DNA of 58,510 bases. Origin: Carpediemonas membranifera BICM. Taxonomy: Eukaryota > Protista > Fornicata. The stretch is taken from the NCBI GenBank assembly GCA_019828565.1, contig JAHDYR010000050.1:1-58510 (forward strand), given 5' to 3'. The notes below the pieces were generated by a model. That model had not been told where the DNA came from. It saw nothing but the letters and a program-made list of their open reading frames with translations, and searched no databases. Made by a program: the position numbers and the translations under genes. Positions 47,428 to 56,397 of this stretch are shown piece by piece. The stretch's first letter is position 1; each line of letters opens with the position of its first letter.

Positions 47428-47749
47428 CCCCCTATTCCCTACACCTATGTTCAACCACACGGCTTGTAGGGAGATCTTTTGAAACAGAGAACACATACGT
47501 GTGAAGCCCTTCGGGACCTGATAAATAAGCAGAAATAACAATTAGGATACCACAGGGGGTAAAAATTTTGAGTTTGAGCCATTTTTGCCAAACCTCAAAA
47601 AAACCTTACGCATTTTATGCGAGCCACAAATTCGAAAGAATGGTTTGTTCATTGAAACGCCTATATGAAGGCAATAAGGTATATATTAAGTCATTACATA
47701 GGATAGCACGAACTACTGCGTCGTCAAAAACGAAAACAACATTCCGTCA

Positions 47750-48058
47750 ATGTTCTCTCGCCATTACGAGGATGGACGGATCTCTCCGATCCCGGAGAGG
47801 ACTCCGGAAAGCACGAGAACGCAAAACTACCATCCTACGTGCCGCAGAAGACTACTCCTTGAAGACTGCGACGAAGACGACGACCTATTCGTTACTGAAG
47901 ACGAGTTGGAGCTCATGAGAGCATGGCTCGTCGATGAAACGGACGGCGAAGACGATACGTACATGCCATCGGACGACTCACTCATTAACCAAGAGTGGAT
48001 GGCCACAGAACGCTTCGCAAACGATCACGCTCGGCTGTTCGAACGAATCATGAAATAA
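47750..48058 (+). CDS. Small acidic ORF upstream of Rep, possibly part of the endogenous virus
   Basis: ATG-started 102-aa ORF directly upstream of Rep on the same strand; no motif recognised. Confidence 0.4.
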   Translation: MFSRHYEDGRISPIPERTPESTRTQNYHPTCRRRLLLEDCDEDDDLFVTEDELELMRAWLVDETDGEDDTYMPSDDSLINQEWMATERFANDHARLFERIMK

Positions 48059-48098
48059 AGCAGTTAACACCATTTTAGTAATAAGAGAAAACCCATCC

Positions 48099-48815
48099 AT
48101 GGTCATAACCATGGCGCAGAGGGCGAAGACGTTCTTCCTCACATATCCAAAGTGGACTGGATCTAAGCTAGAAACAGATGACGACTTCAATCGTCTTAAA
48201 GCAACCATGGACACTTTGATATCGACCTCATTCAAGCACCGCAAGATCCACGAGTGCGTTATAGCCAAAGAGAACCACAAAAACGAAGGCATACACCTGC
48301 ATATGCTAATAGTCCTAGACGACAGGACCTACTGGAACGCCAAAAAGCACCCCGACGCATGGGATGTGGAGGACCACCACCCTCATGTCGAGGTTGCTCG
48401 GGGTCTGACAGCCGTCCGGCGTTACTGCAAAAAGGATGGCTGCTTCAGAGCATGGAACTGCAGCCCTATCACCACCGGACGGCATTCAAAGGAGATAAAC
48501 ACCGACGTTCTCCATCTAGACCCGGTAGAAGCACTGCGCACAAAACAAGTATCCTTCGTAGACTTCCGCGCGTTCCTATACGCACACAACTTCCTGAAAC
48601 TACACACACAGGTGAATGAAGTCCTAGATACGCCGCGCGGTATCTGGATATGGGGTCCACCAGGCACTGGCAAGTCCTGGGCTGCCAGAAATAACTATGG
48701 CGCCAGCGACCTTTACCTCAAGGCTCAGAACAAGTGGTGGGACGGCTACTCCGGCGAGAAGACAGCTATCATCGATGATCTCGACACGGACTGTCTCAAC
48801 CACTACCTGAAGATA
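48099..48815 (+). pseudogene. rep: Endogenous CRESS-DNA virus Rep (HUH endonuclease plus SF3 helicase), truncated by element 3
   Basis: Motif I FLTYP, motif II HLHML, motif III YCKK, Walker A GPPGTGKS, KWWDGY, Walker B IIDD. Homology stops at YLKI, exactly where CATACTG begins. Confidence 0.92.
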
Positions 48816-48890
48816 CATACTGTCCAGGGTTCAGGAATTTCCCTTATTGGGTAGGGGAATTTCCTCGGGGGAAAGCCCGAGGAAATTCCC
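48816..48890 (+). repeat. Terminal repeat of element 3
   Basis: catactgtccagggttcaggaatttccc...ggggaatttcctcgggggaaagcccgaggaaattccc, including a 15-bp perfect stem. Confidence 0.75.
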
Positions 48891-48979
48891 TAGCATTTCG
48901 ACTCGGTAAGAAAAAAAATAAATCAACAACGAGCTGTATTCATAATCTATAAATGAGGTTGAATACATGCCTACACATG

Positions 48980-49180
48980 AGGACTACTCATGCGTAGTTT
49001 TGAGCTTTAAATCCTGCTAGAAAAAAGTAACATAGGGACAATTATTCCTTGGGAGTTCAGACTCAAAAATCGGGCTGGGGGGAGGAAATGGTCCATAAGT
49101 ACGCCTTATGGGTCGCTTCCTCCTCTCTGCCCTTTTTTATTGACTTCTGATTTGCCAGATTTGACACATGTTCGAGGTGA
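48980..49180. repeat. Subterminal block, diverged inverted homolog of about 33995-34200
   Basis: Shared strings such as ctttaaatcctgctagaaaaaagtaacatagggacaa and ggaggaaatggtccataagtacgcc. Confidence 0.88.
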
Positions 49181-49308
49181 GTCTTAGATTACTCAAAATG
49201 GCCTCCTGATTCAGCAGATAGACTCAAAATTTCACAATTCGTACTCAAAACCAATTTCAACAGACGTCTGTTGCAAAATCTGCCAAAAACGCACTTTAAA
49301 AGTCATTT

Positions 49309-50583
49309 TTGCAACAGACGTCTGTGGAAATGGTCTTTAAGCTCTCCGCTGCCGATTTGACGCAACTACACAAGACTAACTACAGTAATACGTACATTGC
49401 CGACATTAGCGGGGTCAAAACTGTCGTCAAGGTCGATAACTGTATGACACTTCGCCTGACACACGAAAAGACGATACTTCAGGCAATGAAAAGCCCATTT
49501 ATTGTTACAATCGTCGATGTGGGCTTTGTTGACAGCGATCAAGCGTTTGCCACTCGCTTTGTTGACCATATGTCGTGGCGAGACGTTCTGGCACTACCAG
49601 TACCGGATCAATGTCGCTACTTGCGGCACTTACTGTTAGCTCTCAGCCATGTGCATGAGAATGGATTCATCCACGGCGACATCAAGCCCGACAACTACCT
49701 TTTCAACCGAGAAGACGGTGGATTACTCATTGACTTCGGCTCTGCCATCAAAATAGAGGCTCCTACTGGGATTAACAGGTATATGGGACAAGACATGAGA
49801 GGGACACCTGGTTTTATCCCCCCCGAGCTTCGTGCCGACGAACTCAGTCGGAAATCGAAGCATTGTACAGTAGCTATGCGGGAACCACAGAATTTGAACC
49901 CCTTCCAGGCTTCCAGGAACACCACAACCAGAAACACCAACATGCACACAGTTGATGCGGCATACGACATCTTTTCCTGCGGCGTTATCGTCCTCATGAT
50001 GGCATTGCGACTGGATAAGTCTCCATTTCGATCTGTGAGAGTGGATGGTGGCAAGCCAAGTAACCCAGACGAGCATATTGGCGCTCTATATAACATGGCG
50101 TACTTCTACGGCCGCGAAATCACGATACACAGCAAGAAGAAGAATGCAGCCCGTGGTTTGATGATCAATCCGACTCTCTGCACGAGAGGAAGCCCTCCGA
50201 CACAGTATAGGAGCCTTTATGACCTTGCAATGGGGATGCTCAGCTATAATCCGGAGGATAGACCAACAGCTTTGATGTGCGCTGAACATCTCAACGATAT
50301 CGCCGCCCTAGCAGCAACGTTCGCATCAACACCACTGATGATCAACGACCAGGTGACAATCTCTCAGGAAACGCTCGCTGCCGCCAAACTCACCGTTGAA
50401 GCACTTCGAGAAACCCGATTTGCTGGCCGATGCATTGCATGTGGCATGCCGGTTCACGATAATCGAACAATAACTTGCAAGACACACCACCAAGATTACA
50501 GAAGCATCATGAACCCCCACACAAAGAGAAGAGGACGAGTTTGGAGGGTTCATCGTGATCTATCATTGATTATTGATATGTAA
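49309..50583 (+). CDS. Ser/Thr protein kinase (non-RD) with C-terminal Zn ribbon; paralog of 14861..16162 (likely ATG 49330)
   Basis: VVK, HGDIKPDN, DFG, GTPGFIPPE, YDIFSCG; GRCIACG...CKTH. Confidence 0.93.
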   Translation: MQQTSVEMVFKLSAADLTQLHKTNYSNTYIADISGVKTVVKVDNCMTLRLTHEKTILQAMKSPFIVTIVDVGFVDSDQAFATRFVDHMSWRDVLALPVPDQCRYLRHLLLALSHVHENGFIHGDIKPDNYLFNREDGGLLIDFGSAIKIEAPTGINRYMGQDMRGTPGFIPPELRADELSRKSKHCTVAMREPQNLNPFQASRNTTTRNTNMHTVDAAYDIFSCGVIVLMMALRLDKSPFRSVRVDGGKPSNPDEHIGALYNMAYFYGREITIHSKKKNAARGLMINPTLCTRGSPPTQYRSLYDLAMGMLSYNPEDRPTALMCAEHLNDIAALAATFASTPLMINDQVTISQETLAAAKLTVEALRETRFAGRCIACGMPVHDNRTITCKTHHQDYRSIMNPHTKRRGRVWRVHRDLSLIIDM

Positions 50584-51030
50584 CCGCCCAGTATCGAATC
50601 ACCTCACTACCATGGGATGATCGCATTCACCTTCAAAGAAAGAGATGAGGCCGCATACTCGACCAGATATAAAGGAGATATGCTGCAGCCTTGAAAAGAA
50701 AGAAAGAAAGAAAGAAATTTATGGTGCTTGGATTCTGACCCCGGACTGAGCTTGTTTCCCGTGCTGCAGCCTTGCGCTGGCTTTATAGACAATACCCAGT
50801 TGTTTACACTAAAACCGAAAAATCAGTCCAGTAGACGCTCGAATCGAACTGGAGTGGGGTGGCTGTGATACAGTGTTCGTTCCTGTAGTACCCAGGCAGA
50901 AGACCCGACCGGACGATATGGCCTGGAACTCTACCGGCAAAAAGCAGCTGGCGGCCGCTGAGGAATATGTGGAAGGCGCTTCCAGAATGATCTTTACACT
51001 ACTTTCTTTGCTTCTATCTTGTACTTACTG

Positions 51031-52710
51031 TTAATCACTCTCATCATCTTTTTGTCTACTTGTGGATGACGGAGCGCCTTCCTGTATTTGCGCTTTTCTT
51101 TTGATACCCTCTGGGAGACTGACAAGTTCCGCATGGTCGTCCTGGAGCAGAATAAAGTGGGTAATGCCATGTCTGGAACAGAACACCTGGAAATTCTCAC
51201 AACGATCAGCAGCTGAGTCGCCAGAAGGGTACAAACCCCAAAACTGGTGACCATGTGTGAACAATATCACTGTAGAATTATTACCGTTGTTGCACACCAT
51301 GATGACATTACGCATGTAGATCATGGAAAACTCTCGCACAGCATCATCGGTAAGCCAGCCCATCTTGGAAAACAGTTCTGCCTTAGCGGAATCCTCCGTC
51401 AGAGCCGTCCGCTTCACCCGGCTTTCCACCAGCTCGGCACGCAAAGCCATGGCTGCCTCAAGATCTGTTCTGTGGGTCAGGGTGGTCATATCCCGGAAAT
51501 GGCCGTCCCTAATCATGCAACAGCAGTGCGCAACACAGCTGCCATCACGGTGTGTCGAGTATTTCCTCCATGACTTCAACCCATTCACAATTTCCTCAAC
51601 GAAGGACTGTGGCTGACCGCTGGTGCCGATTGGAATCTCTTTCTTCTCAATCATATTGTTGATGTGAGACTCAATGGCCACAGATGACTCGTGTTCAGAC
51701 TTGATCAAGAGCAGAGAGCGAAAGTCGACGATCTTAGCAGTGGAATCGAAGTTCGGGTACGCAGGCCGGTAAACCTTGTTAAGCAAAGGATAACAACGCG
51801 GCGGGAGTCTTGCGTCTTCCTCCGATACGATCTTCGCTTTTGCACAACCGTCAGGTCTTGCGATAATGACTCTTCGCTTCATGTACGAGAGCTTGGACAT
51901 CCAGAACCAGAATTGCGCGATCTCATGGAGGTGATCTGGCTGAGTCATGATTCTGATGAGCCACGTGGCGTCATGGGCGGCAAGTTCGACGGCGGGTAGC
52001 TCATCTGGTGTCAAAAGCACCACACACCGTTGCATTGTGAACTTGAACTTGCCAGAATACAACTGAAAGATCGGCCGTGGGTCACGGGCGGAAGACTGGC
52101 AGGCGGCAATATACACACCCATGATTCGGGCGAACTTGCAGACATGACTCTCATAATTCTTCAGAATTGCCTCGATGAAGTCGAAGGCAGTTGTCCAGAT
52201 GGCTGGTATCGTGCGGGCATCGACCACAAACCGACCATCAGAGTCCGAGTGACCAGTGATAATGAAAAAAGTCTCATAGTCACCATACAGCTTGCCGAAT
52301 TCCTTGATTTTCGCCTCAAAATCGTCCTCGTTCTCGAACTGGGCCGTCTCGATAACCGTATACTCGCTATGCATTGCCGCAAAGATCTGACGAATGCGTT
52401 CTGCGTGCCCTCCAATGGAGACAGATTCATCAATCGAAAACTGCCTGCTATCTCCAGCAACGAACCCATAGGTTGGCTCGAACACGATGAGGACACGTGT
52501 ATTCTTCAGCGCCAGTGCAGTACGGGTGCACTTGTGACGTCGGGATGGCGAGGGAAAACCGACGTTGCGTGTTTCGCTACTGATGTCCCCACAGACACAT
52601 TCAAACAGCTTTGATCCATCCAGATATCGATTTCTCCACCCCATTGCATTGAAAAATGTCTGATCGTCGTTCATGACGCCAATGCCAAATTGAGGGTGAG
52701 AAAATGGCAT
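51031..52710 (-). CDS. Putative caspase-like (clan CD) protease fused to an OTU-like protease
   Basis: FFIITGHS and GVYIAACQ give a His-Cys dyad after hydrophobic strands; C-terminal RDGSCVAH...GWLT...DDHAEL. Confidence 0.58.
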   Translation of the reverse strand: MPFSHPQFGIGVMNDDQTFFNAMGWRNRYLDGSKLFECVCGDISSETRNVGFPSPSRRHKCTRTALALKNTRVLIVFEPTYGFVAGDSRQFSIDESVSIGGHAERIRQIFAAMHSEYTVIETAQFENEDDFEAKIKEFGKLYGDYETFFIITGHSDSDGRFVVDARTIPAIWTTAFDFIEAILKNYESHVCKFARIMGVYIAACQSSARDPRPIFQLYSGKFKFTMQRCVVLLTPDELPAVELAAHDATWLIRIMTQPDHLHEIAQFWFWMSKLSYMKRRVIIARPDGCAKAKIVSEEDARLPPRCYPLLNKVYRPAYPNFDSTAKIVDFRSLLLIKSEHESSVAIESHINNMIEKKEIPIGTSGQPQSFVEEIVNGLKSWRKYSTHRDGSCVAHCCCMIRDGHFRDMTTLTHRTDLEAAMALRAELVESRVKRTALTEDSAKAELFSKMGWLTDDAVREFSMIYMRNVIMVCNNGNNSTVILFTHGHQFWGLYPSGDSAADRCENFQVFCSRHGITHFILLQDDHAELVSLPEGIKRKAQIQEGAPSSTSRQKDDESD

Positions 52711-52771
52711 CGCACTTTAAAGCAGCTTTATGTGAGAAATGTATTGCATATAATTCTGCATTCAGAAGACG

Positions 52772-53314
52772 ATGGCTAGAACAAAGCAAACGGCTCGCCG
52801 GCCTACGCAAGGTGGAAAGGCGCCTCGCAAGCAGTTAGCAGCGATAGCTGCGCGGAGAGCGAATACTTCGTCGTACCGCACCTACAAGCCGTTGTCTCAG
52901 GCCGCGTTGGAGAATTGCACGGCAGTCCTGCAAAAGGCTGATGCTGATATCCAAGAAACTATTCTGTCGTGCATCAAGAAGACGGAGGCGCACAACTTCA
53001 AGCAGATGGTCAAGAATTCAACACGAGCTGGTTTCCGACTTGCATTCAACACTGAGTCCGAGTCTGTCCACATGAACCCATCGAGGAAGGACGAGGTGGC
53101 AGCGCGGGCAGAAGCTGCTTACCAATCAGCGCTGCATGCCTTCCGCAGCGTTGACCCTGAGACTGCTGCGACAGAAGATATGAAGACACTGCTTGACACC
53201 TTAGCGGTTGCTCTTGACGCAACGCCAGATGTGCCACATGCTCGCCTGGATCCTGAAGAACAGCGTCGGTTCCTGAAGCTGAAGGATACGTACATAAAGG
53301 TTAAAACAGTTTAA
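52772..53314 (+). CDS. Histone H3 N-terminal tail mimic fused to an unrelated helical domain
   Basis: [29 protein letters not shown] vs H3 [28 protein letters not shown]. No histone-fold motifs follow. Confidence 0.88.
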   Translation: [180 protein letters not shown]

Positions 53315-54209
53315 GGAACTCGTCCAACGTCTTCGCATTGTGCGTCATGGCCACCTTGTCCTTCTTCGTCAACCTCGATTTGGTACCCTTTCTCTTCACA
53401 GTCGTCTTCTTCTTCTTAGAAGGCTCCCAGCTCCCATTGGCGCATGCTTTTCTTAGCTTCTTCTGCTCTAATCTGTACTTCTCCTCCTCCGTCATGTCTG
53501 CTTCCTTTTTCTTTGCCTTCGCCTTCTTCTTCGACTTCATTACATCTAACTTCTTCGCCTTCTCTGCATCCTCCTGGACCACGCGAGAAATTGAGTGCTT
53601 CACGTCCTTCGGTACATCACGATTCCTCGCATGCTTAACCACGACAAAGACATTATCGTCAGTGCCGCCACCTTCAAGGATGACCTTGTCCTTTGGGATC
53701 TTGCTGGTGGCAACCAAGAAGCAGATCGGCTTCTTATCCACCTTGAATAGGGCAAACCTGCAGTTGCCAGCAGCCGAATGATGGCAAAGCTTGTTGACGC
53801 ATGCTTCATCAGGAGTCATGAGGTGCAGCTGTGACGATAGCTGAATCCGAGAAGGCTGATCGCTAAGAACACCCTTGGCAATCCCGAGCACTTCTCCCTC
53901 ATCAACATCGCCAGCCGTGACCAAACCATACATCATGTCATCGCCCTTTGACACCATGCATGTGCTGCACTTCAGAGAAATGAGCGATTGGCCGTCAAGC
54001 TCGACAATTTGGTCATCATCGAAAGGCAAGGCGTCTATCTTCATCGCGGCTTCGCCCATGTCCGCCCAATTTGCATAGACACGACGCGCAAGCTCTTCCG
54101 GAAAGCAATCGCAGCAAAAGTTGACAGTTCCACTTTCTTGCTGCATTCTACGCAGTTTATACCAGCAGTTTATACGCAGCAATGACACAGCACCAAGAGC
54201 GTGGCACAC
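53301..54209 (-). CDS. Divergent SET-like domain with Lys-rich C-terminal tail
   Basis: YGLVTAGDVDEGEVLG..KG...LCHHS..GNC...LVATSKIPKD. The terminal ELxFDY motif is absent. Confidence 0.6.
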   Translation of the reverse strand: MCHALGAVSLLRINCWYKLRRMQQESGTVNFCCDCFPEELARRVYANWADMGEAAMKIDALPFDDDQIVELDGQSLISLKCSTCMVSKGDDMMYGLVTAGDVDEGEVLGIAKGVLSDQPSRIQLSSQLHLMTPDEACVNKLCHHSAAGNCRFALFKVDKKPICFLVATSKIPKDKVILEGGGTDDNVFVVVKHARNRDVPKDVKHSISRVVQEDAEKAKKLDVMKSKKKAKAKKKEADMTEEEKYRLEQKKLRKACANGSWEPSKKKKTTVKRKGTKSRLTKKDKVAMTHNAKTLDEFLKLF

Positions 54210-54299
54210 AACCCTTCAATGACCCATGTAAGGTTGGGTGGGTCTTATGTCAGGCTGTTTCTTTTCAATCATTTCAATCATATCCTGCACAGACTTCGT

Positions 54300-55005
54300 T
54301 GATGAAGAAGTTCTGCTATGACGAAGCCGGCTTGTCGCGACGAGAACTGGGCCATAGAACTGAAATCGGCATCCGAATATCGCGGCACGCATGGGTATTT
54401 ACCCCCAGAAATGTTCAAAGTGTGTTCGTGTTCGGTCATTCCGCCGTCAACGAGCGCCATACGAGACCTCCAAGCATACGCGCATGACTGCATCGGCTCT
54501 TCCCGCCTGTTCTTCATGTCGTCACACCTGCCTCCGACATTTACTCGTGCGGTGTAGTCATTGCTCTTTTACGGTCTCCCCAAGTCCCCCTTTGCCGCGA
54601 AGGTGACTGACATGGCGCAGATCGACAACAAGAAGAAGAATAAGATGCTGAAGCTTGGTAGCTTGCTGAACTGGTGCCACTTCTATGGTGGGCAGTTGCA
54701 GTTGTCACGTAAGACACTCGAACCGCTCAGAGATTGTCTCAACTTCGTGAACGTGAACTCTGCACTACCGATTCGCGGCACAACGCCACCCACTTGCCTC
54801 GGAATGTACGACCTGGCAATGCAGATGCTCCACTTCGACCCAACGAAGCGTCCCACTGCTGCCGAATGTCTTGACAAGCTCAAGGTCATCATGCGCGTGC
54901 ATGAATGCGTCGCCAAGCCGAGTCCGCTTCTGTTAGATGACACTGAACAGGTCTTACTCTCTGTAGATCAGCGAAAGAGAATGGTCGACTGCTGCCAACT
55001 GGGGG
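54300..55005 (+). pseudogene. Kinase pseudogene closely related to 14861..16162
   Basis: ASEYRGTHGYLPPE and LGSLLNWC...RPTAAECLDKLK are near-identical; 5'-truncated and frameshifted. Confidence 0.88.
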
Positions 55006-56397
55006 TCCTGGAGGAAAAGTTTAGAGATGCGATTCGAAAGGGTCGTAGCATTGAACTCGAAACCATGAGTCCTAAGAACACCGGCGCATGCCCAACACTC
55101 ACCCCGGTGGGGCCTGGCCGTGGTTTGAACATATACCGACACATAACTGGGTAAATACGTAAATGTTGTGCGAAAATTGCGTCTTGTTCTGCACAGAGCG
55201 ATGACGAAACTAAAAACGGAACAAGAAGAGGCCTGAAGATTTAACTGCCCGGCGGTGCAGGTTCGTCAAGTGGCCGGAGATGCCGCTTCCAGTAAGGTGT
55301 ATGCCGTACAGCTCGCCGTATCCATCTCCGTGCCCGTCTCCATCCCCCACTCCGCCTTCAACGCCAGCCCCCCGCCACGCCTGTTGTAAGTCCGCCTCCA
55401 TCTCCTGTCCGCAGTTCACCACCGAGTCTCGAAATCGAATCACCTCACTACCATGATTCCCCGCAATACCATGATGTATGTGATGACCATTAAACGATCT
55501 CCTTCTATACAATGACTTCTGAAGCCGTCCGACCAACGGCACAGAACGGTTTATAGCATGCATATGATCCATTCTGGTGCCTTTATCCTCTATAACCAAC
55601 ATCAGTCCATCAAAAATGAATCTTGCAACAGAATACTCATCCACACGCATCGAGAACGAAAAAGAAGCATATAACCAACATCAACAACCTAATAGAAGGC
55701 TGCATGCAAGCGTAGAGCTCTCCTAGTCGATTCTTCAATTTATCAAGCATCAATCTCCACGTCAGGATGAAACTGTGCGCCCAAAAGCTCAGAGATGCCG
55801 TTATAGATGATATAACGACGTCTCTGAGCTTTTCAGCGATGTCAGTTTCTGGCCACGTCCAAGTTCGGCTCTGCGAAAATAACAGTGCATTGCACTATAA
55901 GTCATACATTTGGAATACAGCAATGCACTGTTATTTTCGCCAAAACCACGCTGACCTACCATTGTCCATGGGCTTGACGGGGGTGATCTTCTCGGCTTGG
56001 ATTTGGCTGAAACTTGGTATATGTGTAGTATTTGATATGTTAGGACGGATCCAAGATTTTTTTACATATCGTTCGAGTCTATTTACCGAGATATACGTAA
56101 AGCAAAATTAGGGTTGAGTCTATTCTGGCTGAAAAGCGGTATGGTGGGTTCTCTGACTGTCTGAACACGGCTCCAGAAGTTTTACGTGATGAATTGGCAT
56201 ATTTATATTGCTTTGCGTAAACAGAAAATTTTGACAGTACCTACAATCAACTACCTGCATATACATGCTATAAACATGCTTAAAATGCCTTCAGTCGTAC
56301 GTGCTATATACTAAAGCTCTTCCTGCATCTTATTTCGAAAGAACAAAATATTCACTCTGAAAATAACACTGCATTGCTGTGAAATTTTTGGAAAAAG

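Noticed and set aside
48856-48893. Helitron 3' hairpin plus CTAG, or CRESS origin stem-loop
   Set aside because: There is no nonanucleotide in the loop and no Helitron helicase. The stem is explained by the inverted boxes of the element 3 end.
52772-53314. Canonical histone H3 gene
   Set aside because: Similarity ends after about residue 29 and no histone-fold motifs follow.
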